From sequence record NC_048818.1: DNA of 64,000 bases, one strand, 5' to 3'. Position 1 is the stretch's first letter. Every line of letters starts with the position of its first letter. This document shows positions 52,691-62,916 of the stretch, piece by piece. Origin of the DNA: Escherichia phage VEc33. The notes below the pieces were generated by a model. That model saw only the letters and a list, made by a program, of their open reading frames with translations, had not been told where the DNA came from and made no database searches. A program made the position numbers and the translations under genes.

Positions 52691-54748
52691 TTACCTTATA
52701 TGGATATACCCACTATTTAGGTCTATCTTCATCTTGTAGTATGCCTCAGGATTTCCTGATAACGCAGCGTTCCTATCATAAATGATGTTAACACCGATCT
52801 GAGATAAGAAAGCATTTCCTGCTACAATTTTATCTGCCGTCACCGTCCCGTTAACAATCATGTTTCCGTGGAGAACCATTGCAGGGTTAACCCAACCAGA
52901 CCCGTTCCATTGCCTTGTAAATGCTGATTGTGGGGCATTACTGTTAAATTCAGTTAATACATCATATTTAACTGGGGGAGAACCGAAGTTACTTTGAAAG
53001 AAGGAATTAGCTTGTCCATCATCCCAATCACCTAAACCTGCTATACCTACAGAGTACATCCCAGGACCACGTTGTCCATCATGCCCTATAGTACCTTCAG
53101 TACCACTCCACTGAACCACATCTGACCAGCTAGTACCCTCTAATAACCTATTAGTAACTGGATCAAGTGTACCCGTAGTCGCATAGATATTTTGTGTCAT
53201 ATCTGTACGGTTAGGTGGAGTTTTTGACCAACCAGGAGGTGGATAATCTTGTTCTAGTGGTTTAGCAGGTAGAGATGTTGCTAACTTATAAACAAATACT
53301 GTCTGTTTACCTTGTAAACCAGTTTCAATATCTACGTCACCATTTGGTGTCCCAATTACTACACCACTAGAGATACGCAAGGTAGTACCATCATAACGTA
53401 TCCATTGTGTAGCGTTACCAATGTCTAATTTAGCTTTGGCAGAGGTATTATCCATACCCATCCAAATACCGGAGTTATTATCCCCCCAAGATTTACCTTG
53501 AGTGTAAATTGCTGGGTTATCCTTACCAGATAAGTTAGTCATGATAAAGTTCGCAGCATTAATATCTCTAGTAATTACTTTACCATCAACGTTAACAACA
53601 CGGTTTATAGGGTCGAAAGAAATAGGTGCTTTTCCTTCTTCATCCAGTAGACCAATGTTAATAGCACCAGTAGCTGCGTCGATTAAGAATGTCTGTCTCC
53701 AGATTTCTCCATCTTTCATGCTACCCTTAATAAAGGCATAATTAACGTCAATACCTGTCTCATTGACAAAGCTATTGTCTAGAGGAGTATCTTCATTCAA
53801 TATAAATGTTACAGGAGCTGATTCTGTTATATCTTGCTTATTTGGTCCCCAGGCAATTGATGATACCTTAAAAGTATGCTCAACTTTCCATGGGAATGAT
53901 ATAATCGTTGCAGCTCTAGCAGCCCCAACGTTTATCTTTTGAGCTTTATCCCAGCCAGTCTTAGCGTATTCTTCAGAGTTTATATAAGTAACCAGAAATT
54001 CACGGACATTAGCACCCGCACCACGTTCCCAGTCCCACTCTATTCTGACATCATATCGTTCCTTACCATCTGCAATTCGTGCAGCTTTAAAGGCAATGTT
54101 AGTAGGTGCAGTAGGTGGTACAAAATTATAAGCTACAGTGAAAACGCTAGGATATTCATAATAACCAGATGAGTCAACTGTAACACCATCTGGCATCGTA
54201 ACTTGACCAGATATTCTGATCTTATAGTCGCCAACGGGAACACCACCAAATTTGATAGTAGGTCCCAGCGCGCCTATATAGTATTTAACCCATTCACTAT
54301 CTTCTGATGCAGTACTTTTTAATTCAATAGTGCAGTAACTAGCTTCACCAGTAGTCTCTACAACAACTATTGGAGCACCAACACCAACGTCAACGGGTTC
54401 TGATTCAGATCTTGCTGCAGTAATTATTGGCTTTTCCTTTGTTCTAAAGTTAGTTTCATTAGAGAGGTTTATACCAATTTTTGCATTTAAAAGTTCTGAG
54501 TCGATAATTGAATCATAGAAAGCCCCCTGAACCTGGTAGGTGGTTGAGGGGGTTAAATTATTAATCATTACGAAGAAAGTATCTATACCGGTATAATCAC
54601 GTCTATCTATACTTTCTCCTATTTTTAACCAAAAAGATCTACCAATAACATCATAATCAGTATAAATGGAGTGCTGGACATAAGCCAAAGTATATCCAGT
54701 CATTATACTATTTAAGACCATTTTGGCTGGTGCATTATTTGAAATCAT
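52691..54748 (-). CDS. baseplate/central fibre protein (T5 pb4-like)
   Basis: about 685 aa from ATG 54748 (TAATG overlap with upstream stop; alternative GTG at 54763); size and position match pb4. Confidence 0.65.
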   Translation of the reverse strand: MISNNAPAKMVLNSIMTGYTLAYVQHSIYTDYDVIGRSFWLKIGESIDRRDYTGIDTFFVMINNLTPSTTYQVQGAFYDSIIDSELLNAKIGINLSNETNFRTKEKPIITAARSESEPVDVGVGAPIVVVETTGEASYCTIELKSTASEDSEWVKYYIGALGPTIKFGGVPVGDYKIRISGQVTMPDGVTVDSSGYYEYPSVFTVAYNFVPPTAPTNIAFKAARIADGKERYDVRIEWDWERGAGANVREFLVTYINSEEYAKTGWDKAQKINVGAARAATIISFPWKVEHTFKVSSIAWGPNKQDITESAPVTFILNEDTPLDNSFVNETGIDVNYAFIKGSMKDGEIWRQTFLIDAATGAINIGLLDEEGKAPISFDPINRVVNVDGKVITRDINAANFIMTNLSGKDNPAIYTQGKSWGDNNSGIWMGMDNTSAKAKLDIGNATQWIRYDGTTLRISSGVVIGTPNGDVDIETGLQGKQTVFVYKLATSLPAKPLEQDYPPPGWSKTPPNRTDMTQNIYATTGTLDPVTNRLLEGTSWSDVVQWSGTEGTIGHDGQRGPGMYSVGIAGLGDWDDGQANSFFQSNFGSPPVKYDVLTEFNSNAPQSAFTRQWNGSGWVNPAMVLHGNMIVNGTVTADKIVAGNAFLSQIGVNIIYDRNAALSGNPEAYYKMKIDLNSGYIHIR

Positions 54749-57597
54749 TAAATGGATGCCCACTCCACAGACTGTTCTCCATCATCCCCTTCTGCCCTAA
54801 TACGAAAATACAATTTTCTATTTATACCTAGAGCACCGCTGTTCTGGAGAGCAAAGTCTGCCTTATTATATGTTAATAAATAGTCATAAGTATACTGATT
54901 TTCAATACGTACACTTCTTAACATCCTATTTTGCGAATCGTGTATTTCAAGTGTATAAAATATACTCTCTATTATATCTTCTTCAGGTATTCTATCCCAA
55001 GCTAGTTTTACATCTGGGCCAACAAACTCAGTTACATCTCCAGAAGCAGTATTAGTTACCCTAAAATTAGATACTACACTAAGGTTTTTAGCAGAGTTAA
55101 GTTCTATAGACAGAGTCACCGGGGAACTTCTTCTACCATTAATATCTACTGCTCTTATCTCAAATATAGCCAGACCTGCTGGTTCCCCAATTATTTCTTG
55201 GATCATACGTTCGTTAGGATTGGTCTCTAACTGTTGTACTATGTAAGGTTCGGCATGGCCTGAGTGCACAATAGAGTAATAAACTACATTATTGGTTAGA
55301 CTCGGAAGCCAGGATAACTCACCATTTTTACCTATAGAGCCTACTAAACCGCCAGGAGTAGGGGTATACTTAAAGTCCCTAGGAGGAAGGACATTATTAC
55401 TAATATCGGGAATATCATTACCGCTATTATCAACCTGCTCAGAGTTGATGAATACATCTTCTCCATACTCCTGTAAGGTAACATTTATCTTACCCTCTCT
55501 AGAGTTTTCAACCTCATCAACTAGGAAATACTTTTTGTTCCACCCGTAACGGTCATACGTGAATGCAATAGCATCATTGGGTTCAATCCCTATGAACTGG
55601 TATGGTAATGAGAATGAAAGTGTTCTTGAGTATCTGGATTTCTTAAGTTCTCTATCCGCAAAACTTCTTGCAGTATAGTAGTTAGTAATATTAGCAAAAG
55701 ATAGTTGTAATTTTTTATCTAGGTTCTTGTCCTGTTCCTTATACTTGGAATTATAGAATGTAATAGAATTAGTTTTCCAGCTAAGGGCGGGATCTACGAT
55801 AGATGCTTGAACTGAGTTGAATTTATTTCTACCAGTAGTATCTGATAGCTCCAAATCACCGTAAGTATCTAGAAAATTAATCTCTAAGGGAGTATTAGAG
55901 TATTTTTCTACAGTAACCCTATACTGGCCAGATAAATTGTTAATAGCCCCACCATAGGACTCTAACAAACCTTGCACATTTTTAAATACTGATTCAGATG
56001 TATCCAAAATAGTATTCATTTGTACTATTTGTCTATTTTCTGCTAGTGGATCAGTCCACCCAACGTATCTCCAATATGGCTGCCAAGATACCTGATAGGA
56101 TTCATCTATAATATCTAAAATAGCTGCCTCCTGTATTAATTGCTGAAGAGGGAACTGATCAATGGTAATATTAGCGCCATATCTATCAGAGGTTAAGTAA
56201 TCAAGTGTTTGCCAAATACCATTTAAACTAGTACTATTAGCAGTTACTCTACCATCAGAATGATAGACTTTTACTTTTTTACCTTGAATTTCAGCACTAA
56301 CTTCTGGAATCTCAGTCCTATTTTCATTAATAGTGAAGCGCACCACTGCGTATGCAGTATCTAGTAGCTTATATCTAGCATCCCAGTACTCCGGCCCATT
56401 GCCATTCATATTCTGAAGGTAGAATCCACGTTCTTTAGCTATATCTACTAGTACTTCAGAGGCTGTTTGATCAGATTTTCCGTGATAAGTCCAAATCCTT
56501 ATGTCACCATTTCCATCATTATACTTATACTCTTGACCATGGACGGATGGACTACTAGAAGAGGTTCCAGATGCTATCCTCTGCATTGTATCTCCTGCTA
56601 TTTTTTTAGTACCAAAGCAGGTTCTAGCGGAGCTGTCATTAGCATCTACGCAGATCATAGGGTTATCACCAAAGGAGAAATCAAGAAAACCATCAATCTC
56701 CCCCTCAGCAAAGGCGTATACGACATAAACTATGTTGGGATTGTGTAGTTCTGTATCAGCAAAAATGGGTATTCCAGGAATTTTTTGAACTCCATAAACC
56801 ACCGGTATGTATTTAGCAGCAAGGTTAAAATCTATATCCACTTCCTTAGTGACAGTTTCATAGTATTTTTTAAGGCTGTAGCTTCTAGATAAACCAAATA
56901 ATTTTTTCTTTGATTTTAGCTTGTATCTTTCTTCTTGAACCTGATATTTTGCTAGGATAGAGATACTTTTATTAGAGTGGAAGAACCCATAGTCTTCTTG
57001 GTACTCAGGTCTTTTAGCCCCGTTAGATGGAACTAATTGTCCTGCTACAACTTCAAGCCCCCTATGGGAAGCGTCATCAGTATATCTACCATTAACTCTA
57101 TCAAAGTCATAGAATTGGTTAGAACAATTCCAGGTAATTGTAGAGGTTCCTACTCCAGAGGTACTAATGTTATCTTTAATACCCCCTCCAGTAATCCTCC
57201 CCCTAAAGTATAGTAAAGGACCATTTGTATCTGGGTCTACTGGCAGAATAGAACCATCTTCAGTAATAATTGCTTGATGAATTGATACGGTTCTATCTAA
57301 GAAGGATACACCATTTTGTACTAGTTTTAGTACTTCATCCTGTGCTGTACCAGTAATAGTAAAAGATAGACTACCAATAGATAAATCTCTATTTTGTTTA
57401 TGTGAGCTAATAGACTTAACTTTACCCGCCTGGTATAAGATGCCATTATATAGTACATCTCTAAAATAATCAGTTAAATAGATAAAAGCAGTACTAGTAC
57501 CAGTAGAGCCAGGTAATTCTAGGGAAATTAGACTAGCAGTTTTTATTCTGCTATTATTTTTTAAGTAGTTTCTAGCACTATCTAGTATTTTCTTCAT
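54748..57597 (-). CDS. baseplate hub protein (T5 pb3-like)
   Basis: 949 aa; position downstream of the pb9-like gene. Confidence 0.7.
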   Translation of the reverse strand: MKKILDSARNYLKNNSRIKTASLISLELPGSTGTSTAFIYLTDYFRDVLYNGILYQAGKVKSISSHKQNRDLSIGSLSFTITGTAQDEVLKLVQNGVSFLDRTVSIHQAIITEDGSILPVDPDTNGPLLYFRGRITGGGIKDNISTSGVGTSTITWNCSNQFYDFDRVNGRYTDDASHRGLEVVAGQLVPSNGAKRPEYQEDYGFFHSNKSISILAKYQVQEERYKLKSKKKLFGLSRSYSLKKYYETVTKEVDIDFNLAAKYIPVVYGVQKIPGIPIFADTELHNPNIVYVVYAFAEGEIDGFLDFSFGDNPMICVDANDSSARTCFGTKKIAGDTMQRIASGTSSSSPSVHGQEYKYNDGNGDIRIWTYHGKSDQTASEVLVDIAKERGFYLQNMNGNGPEYWDARYKLLDTAYAVVRFTINENRTEIPEVSAEIQGKKVKVYHSDGRVTANSTSLNGIWQTLDYLTSDRYGANITIDQFPLQQLIQEAAILDIIDESYQVSWQPYWRYVGWTDPLAENRQIVQMNTILDTSESVFKNVQGLLESYGGAINNLSGQYRVTVEKYSNTPLEINFLDTYGDLELSDTTGRNKFNSVQASIVDPALSWKTNSITFYNSKYKEQDKNLDKKLQLSFANITNYYTARSFADRELKKSRYSRTLSFSLPYQFIGIEPNDAIAFTYDRYGWNKKYFLVDEVENSREGKINVTLQEYGEDVFINSEQVDNSGNDIPDISNNVLPPRDFKYTPTPGGLVGSIGKNGELSWLPSLTNNVVYYSIVHSGHAEPYIVQQLETNPNERMIQEIIGEPAGLAIFEIRAVDINGRRSSPVTLSIELNSAKNLSVVSNFRVTNTASGDVTEFVGPDVKLAWDRIPEEDIIESIFYTLEIHDSQNRMLRSVRIENQYTYDYLLTYNKADFALQNSGALGINRKLYFRIRAEGDDGEQSVEWASI

Positions 57598-58208
57598 AAA
57601 CTTTCCCGTAAATTTAATGAGATGCCGGAATATGTTCCGTTATTATTTAGTGTAGATCCGAAAGCATCACCATTCATGAGTTTTGTTCTAAATAGTATTC
57701 CGTTAAACACTGGTTTCTCAGCCCCAGTAGTAGTTATAAATAAATCAGGATATAAGTTTATAGACCACGTATTGCCTGATTTATTGAATGATGTTATTTT
57801 ATATACTTTTGGGTGGTTAGATAGCTTAAATAGATCCCCAGGTTTTGGAGTACCTGTTAGGAGCCCTTTTGTATCCATAGTTATAGTAGAACCCTTCTGC
57901 CCCGCAGGTATGTTTACTAGACTAGTATTACCTCTAACCCTGAAGGCCTCATATTGTGGTAGTATAACATCTATATAACCACCGGTCCTTTTGTACTCTA
58001 GAATAAAAGCATCTAGAACACTATATTCATCTGGAAATAATTCTGGGTAGGAAATATTTATACCCCAGTACTGAGCAGATACCTTAACTTCGTTAACTTT
58101 ACCATTAGGTAACTCATCACGAATTACTGGGTCATTATCAATCAGGTTAACACTTTCGAATCCTAATCCTGAAAGTTCTGGATTCGTGTATGGGTCTGGT
58201 AGTCTCAT
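57594..58208 (-). CDS. distal tail protein (T5 pb9-like, Dit)
   Basis: 204 aa; immediately downstream of the tape measure gene, overlaps pb3-like start. Confidence 0.6.
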   Translation of the reverse strand: MRLPDPYTNPELSGLGFESVNLIDNDPVIRDELPNGKVNEVKVSAQYWGINISYPELFPDEYSVLDAFILEYKRTGGYIDVILPQYEAFRVRGNTSLVNIPAGQKGSTITMDTKGLLTGTPKPGDLFKLSNHPKVYKITSFNKSGNTWSINLYPDLFITTTGAEKPVFNGILFRTKLMNGDAFGSTLNNNGTYSGISLNLRESL

Positions 58209-58235
58209 AGTTAATTTCTCCTCTTAGATACAATT

Positions 58236-58264
58236 ATTATAATAGTATTAGAAAATTTTATCAA
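58236..58264 (-). promoter_or_regulatory. sigma70-like promoter inside the tail gene cluster (RC: TTGATA-17-TATAAT)
   Basis: attata 58236-58241 and tatcaa 58259-58264 on plus strand, between the tape measure terminator and the pb9-like gene. Confidence 0.4.
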
Positions 58265-58271
58265 GAAATTT

Positions 58272-58313
58272 TTATTTTTCCATAAAGAAAAGGAGGACTC
58301 AAAGTCCTCCTCC
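58272..58313 (-). terminator. rho-independent terminator after the tape measure gene
   Basis: AGGAGGACT-CAAA-GTCCTCCT hairpin followed by U-run on minus strand. Confidence 0.6.
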
Positions 58314-58317
58314 AGTT

Positions 58318-61300
58318 TTAAGAATTTCCTAGTGTTTTTAGGCTAGCACCATTCTCATTCAGAGCTAATTCTACTGCATCCCTCAGAGCACCGCTATTAC
58401 TAGAGGCGAACTCTCTAAAACTAGCAGCATCCATAGCACTAATATTCAGGATGATAGGTCTTCCTGAGGTTGAATTAGAGGAATTTTTTAACTCATCATT
58501 AGGTGTAGCTTTCATAGGAATCATAGGTGTAATTACTTCTGTACCATGTTCTCCCATCTGATAGCTAACCCCTGGGTACATATTACCACCTTCGGCACGC
58601 GGCACAAATGAATTAGCATTACCAATACCTTGATCACCACGTACATAGGATAGTTCCCCAGCATTAGCAGACATAGATACATCAATGTTCTTCTGACGCT
58701 CTCCAAGAGTTAAATAACTAGTAGTATCCGCTCCAGAATCTGCAATACTTGACATACTAGAGGCAGAGGATGCCTGCGCTAATGCCAGAGCACCTGCTAA
58801 TCCTGCCGCTACCATCAGAGGGATAGAGAACGGGTATGGTACAGCTGTTGCTGCCTGCATAACTGCTACTGCAGTTTGGATGATAATCTGCTTCTTAGCT
58901 GCATCTTGTTGAATCTTCAGCTTTTCAGCTTCTAGCTTCTTCAATTTAGCTTTAGATGCTTCTGATTTACCATCACGTTTCTGCTCCGCTGCGATAGCTG
59001 CATCAATAGCACTAACCTGTTGACTAGTACTATACTGAATCATAGAAGATACAGTTTGCATGCCAGAAGCAATCAAGGAGGTAGTATCTAGGGATCCCTG
59101 AGAGAACTGAATCATGGCGTTAGTTAAGTTACCCATACTTTGAGCCACAGCGGTTGCTTCAGAATTTAATTCAGATAGCTTAGAGATTGCCTGATCATAA
59201 GAAGCCATTCTATTTTGCATATCTGCAAAATCTTTGTCTTCCCCAGATAGTCCAGTTGTAGGAGTGTACACAGCACCCACAGAAGACCCTACCTGTTGCT
59301 GCATTTGGCCTTCTCTTTGCTTTCTAAGTTGCTCTAGAGCAGCAGCAGTTTTATAGATCTCATTACGATATTTGATCTCTTCTTCGGTATTGCCCTTAGA
59401 TAGTTCTAGCTGTTCTTGCAAAACAGATAATCTTTCTGTAAGAATCTGGGCTTGGCCAGTAACATTTCTTTGTGTTTGGCTGACTTCTAATGCATCCATA
59501 AGAGCTGATACATGTGATGCAGTTGCCTGCTTCTCAGCCTCCCATAACTCCCGGCTTATTTGTGCTTGCGCACGTCTAGACTGTTCCGCCTCTTTCTGTT
59601 TGTCCGCTTGTTTTGTATACCATTCGTACTTCTCTTTCTCTACAGTTAGTTCTAGTTTTAGCTGAGCTAATCTATATTGAGTAGTAGTCATAGTACGGTC
59701 ATTCAGAAGAGCTATCTCACGATCTACACCAAGAATTTTATCTGTGTAATCCTTGACCTTCTTCTGAGCTTCCATACCCTGATTGGTAAGTTTAAGTTTC
59801 TCCAGCTGAATTTTTTCAATTTCTTTTTCAACAGCTTTATTCCCCTGGTTTGTTTGAAGAACACGGCGTAAAGCAGCTTCTTGCTCTTCTAACTGTTGCA
59901 ACTCTAAACGTCTACCAGCTTCCTGAGCCTTTTCCTTATCCTTAGTTTGATTATACACATCAGCTATTTTCTGTTGAACTGCTAATTGATTTTTAGTTTC
60001 ATTACCAGTTAGTTTAACATACTCAGATAGAGCCTGAGATGCAGTTTTCATTTCAGACAGGGTGTTATAGCCCAGGTTAAGGTTTTTAACATACTCATCG
60101 GCACTCTTACCAGTGCCTAAGGATAGAGATTCTATGTTTTTTATAGCATCTGCTAAAGTAGCACTAGTTTTAGCAGCAGTATCTGTATTCTGAGCAACGT
60201 TCTGTATATCATTAGCTAAGTCACTAGCAGTTTTCTTAGTTTGATTATATGCTTTCTGTTGTTCAGTTAGTCCTTTTAATACTGTGGAGTTAAAGTCATA
60301 TACAGCACCAGGATCAGTAGTATCCCTCTGTAGATTAATCTGTTTTTGGAATTCTGGATTAGCTTTTGCAGCAGCAGCACCCGCAGCTTGATAGGCTGAC
60401 TTCCAAGCATTAAGGTTTTCAGTAGAATCTTCTACTTCCTTACCTAGTCTGGTTACTTGTAGACCCATAGCCGCAGTTTCTTCTACGAACTTTTTATTAG
60501 CTTCGGAAGCACCAGCAGCAGCAAGACCAACAGGAATACCTTCACCAACTTGACGTATGGCTAATCTTGTATAGAAATCCGCTTGCTCCATTCGTTTATC
60601 GAATTCGGATTTTAGCTTATTACGCTTATCAAGAGATTCCTTATACATATCTAGAGCTTTATTATAACCTTCTTCAGAAGCGGCCAAACTTAAAGCAACA
60701 GCACCAACGTTGGTAGGATCTATCTGTCTATTGGTTTTTTCTTGAGCTCTAGCTGCTTCAGCAGATACAGAAGCCTGAGAAGTATAAAATACTGTGTTGA
60801 TAGCATCAATTACCGGCCCTAAATACTTAGCAGCAGCCTGCTGAATCTTTCTCAGCGCGGCATCAGCATTAGCGGCAAATTGCTCCCATGGAGTAGCACG
60901 TAAAACTTCATCTAAGTAACCAAAACGTTTAGTAGACTCTGCTATAACAGCATTAGCATACGCTTGCTGTTTCTGGAAGGTAGTAAGGCTATTAATATTA
61001 TACGTTATACCTGTGTTTGCAGCATTTAACTGTTTAACGTAATCAGCATAAGCATCATTAAGACGAATAGTAACACCAAGTTCATCCAGAAGTTCGATTT
61101 CCTGTTTAGATACACCCTTAATTACACGGTTAAGTGCATCAGTCATATCAACGCCAAGAACAGCAGCAGCACGACGAGCTACTAGACCAAATTTATTAAG
61201 TTGTTCAGCATCAAAACCGTATGCAGAAGCAGAGGATGCTTGTCTCATAGCTTCTTCAAAGGAAATAGCGTACCCGGCTGCTTCTTGTAGGGATCTAGCA

Positions 61301-61998
61301 AGGGACTGAACAGGAGTACCTGTCTGAGTACCTACTATAACACCAAATTTTTCTAGACGATTTAGCTGATCACCTAACTTAAGTTGTTCGAATGCAGATT
61401 GCAAAACGAAGATGTTGGAAGCAAGAGCTGCATACATAATAGGTAAACTACCACCTATCTTAGCCATTGCCGCAAAATCACGAGTTGCACCACGTGCTGA
61501 ACCAGAAGTATTACCAATAGCTCTAGAAGCTCTGCCAGCAGCACCAGTAGTATCATTAAAGCCCTTAGTTGTACCACCTAAAGCTCTATTAGTATCGTAT
61601 AACCTATCTTGAACTTTCTCTGTTGCAGCTGCAACATCATTGCCCATTGTTTTAACAGATCTAGAAACTCCATCAAATCCAACTTCTAGTTTATCTGCTA
61701 CTTCAATCATTGTAATAGCTAGGTCATCCAGCTTAGTCCCTATATCATTAATAGATTTAGTAATACCAAGCATGCCCCTACTAGCCTGCATTTTAGTAAG
61801 ACTTTTTGCTGCTCTATCTGCTGCCCTCTCAATGGAGTATAGAGTTTTGGGCATTTTACCTAACTGTTCATTCGTTAGCTCAGAAGCCGCAGCAGCATTC
61901 TCTAATGCATCAGATACGTTTTCAATAGACTTTGCAGTACGAGTTGCCCCCTTCTGTTTAACGTCTATCAGTAATTCTCGTATTAGCTTATCAGTCAT
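58318..61998 (-). CDS. tail tape measure protein (T5 pb2-like)
   Basis: 1226 aa; long Ala/Gln/Glu/Lys-rich coiled-coil, hydrophobic segment near the C-terminus. Confidence 0.8.
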   Translation of the reverse strand: MTDKLIRELLIDVKQKGATRTAKSIENVSDALENAAAASELTNEQLGKMPKTLYSIERAADRAAKSLTKMQASRGMLGITKSINDIGTKLDDLAITMIEVADKLEVGFDGVSRSVKTMGNDVAAATEKVQDRLYDTNRALGGTTKGFNDTTGAAGRASRAIGNTSGSARGATRDFAAMAKIGGSLPIMYAALASNIFVLQSAFEQLKLGDQLNRLEKFGVIVGTQTGTPVQSLARSLQEAAGYAISFEEAMRQASSASAYGFDAEQLNKFGLVARRAAAVLGVDMTDALNRVIKGVSKQEIELLDELGVTIRLNDAYADYVKQLNAANTGITYNINSLTTFQKQQAYANAVIAESTKRFGYLDEVLRATPWEQFAANADAALRKIQQAAAKYLGPVIDAINTVFYTSQASVSAEAARAQEKTNRQIDPTNVGAVALSLAASEEGYNKALDMYKESLDKRNKLKSEFDKRMEQADFYTRLAIRQVGEGIPVGLAAAGASEANKKFVEETAAMGLQVTRLGKEVEDSTENLNAWKSAYQAAGAAAAKANPEFQKQINLQRDTTDPGAVYDFNSTVLKGLTEQQKAYNQTKKTASDLANDIQNVAQNTDTAAKTSATLADAIKNIESLSLGTGKSADEYVKNLNLGYNTLSEMKTASQALSEYVKLTGNETKNQLAVQQKIADVYNQTKDKEKAQEAGRRLELQQLEEQEAALRRVLQTNQGNKAVEKEIEKIQLEKLKLTNQGMEAQKKVKDYTDKILGVDREIALLNDRTMTTTQYRLAQLKLELTVEKEKYEWYTKQADKQKEAEQSRRAQAQISRELWEAEKQATASHVSALMDALEVSQTQRNVTGQAQILTERLSVLQEQLELSKGNTEEEIKYRNEIYKTAAALEQLRKQREGQMQQQVGSSVGAVYTPTTGLSGEDKDFADMQNRMASYDQAISKLSELNSEATAVAQSMGNLTNAMIQFSQGSLDTTSLIASGMQTVSSMIQYSTSQQVSAIDAAIAAEQKRDGKSEASKAKLKKLEAEKLKIQQDAAKKQIIIQTAVAVMQAATAVPYPFSIPLMVAAGLAGALALAQASSASSMSSIADSGADTTSYLTLGERQKNIDVSMSANAGELSYVRGDQGIGNANSFVPRAEGGNMYPGVSYQMGEHGTEVITPMIPMKATPNDELKNSSNSTSGRPIILNISAMDAASFREFASSNSGALRDAVELALNENGASLKTLGNS

Positions 61999-62007
61999 AT
62001 TTTATTT

Positions 62008-62046
62008 TTCCCAATAAAAAAGGCTCTGGGCAAATCACCCAGAGCC
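62008..62046 (-). terminator. hairpin terminator/attenuator between the chaperone genes and the tape measure gene
   Basis: GGCTCTGGG-CAAATCA-CCCAGAGCC with U-run on minus strand. Confidence 0.5.
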
Positions 62047-62081
62047 AAGCCTCATCGTGGAACGCCCATTGGAGGAAACTT

Positions 62082-62450
62082 TTATCGTGCACGAGATCTA
62101 GCATGTGGCTTAACGTTAGGAATCCTTCCGTTTTGCGGTTTATGCTTCTCAGCACGTTTACGTGCAGCATCTACAGCTTTAGCATCAAATATATTGATAA
62201 TGTGTAGAACAAATTCTTTCTCTATAGGATCAGTAATCCCATAAATATCAAATAAAACACCTAGAGCAGCCTTATCTTTACCTATAAAGATAGGAAAGTC
62301 ACCTGGTATGAAGCAGTCAATTAGACTGTTATAAATATTCATACTAATAGATACAATAGGTGGAAAATCTTCGAGTTCAACAGGCATAGCCTTAGGATCA
62401 GGTTCTATACCCATTGACTCACAAAGTATTAAATATTGTTGTTTGGTCAT
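62082..62450 (-). CDS. tail assembly chaperone-like protein (downstream ORF)
   Basis: 122 aa; frame stays open 29 codons upstream of its ATG into the end of ORF 62512-62916. Confidence 0.45.
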   Translation of the reverse strand: MTKQQYLILCESMGIEPDPKAMPVELEDFPPIVSISMNIYNSLIDCFIPGDFPIFIGKDKAALGVLFDIYGITDPIEKEFVLHIINIFDAKAVDAARKRAEKHKPQNGRIPNVKPHARSRAR

Positions 62451-62511
62451 TTTAGATGCTGAGCTTTTAATACATTTATCTGCAAAATCAGCAACAGCAT
62501 CTAGGAGTTCT

Positions 62512-62916
62512 TTACGCTTTTGGGCTACGAAAAGTGTCTAAGTGGAACACTGTCTGGTTGATCCAAGAATCAAACGCAGCAGAGTTCTGCATGAGCATTA
62601 CAGCATTATCGCGGCTAAAAGGAACTTCAGTAGCAGGATCAGCATCTGTTTCAATCAGCATCAGTTTTTCAACGTCACCTACAGTCAAACCGGTCCAACC
62701 TTTAATAGCTGCGTCAACGAAGGCTTCAATGAACTTATCATCATCCTGTACCTGAATCAAAGTACCATTAACCCATTCATCGCGTTTAGCAGAAGAAATA
62801 ACACGTTTAGAGGTAGCACGAGACATATAGTTAAGTTCTAGTTTAAAGTTCGGCATACCCGGGTAGGAAAGAGTAATAGTACGAGTATCGAGAGTAATAT
62901 CTTTTAAATTAATCAT
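62512..62916 (-). CDS. tail assembly chaperone-like protein (upstream ORF)
   Basis: 134 aa; between the p140-like and tape measure genes. Confidence 0.5.
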   Translation of the reverse strand: MINLKDITLDTRTITLSYPGMPNFKLELNYMSRATSKRVISSAKRDEWVNGTLIQVQDDDKFIEAFVDAAIKGWTGLTVGDVEKLMLIETDADPATEVPFSRDNAVMLMQNSAAFDSWINQTVFHLDTFRSPKA

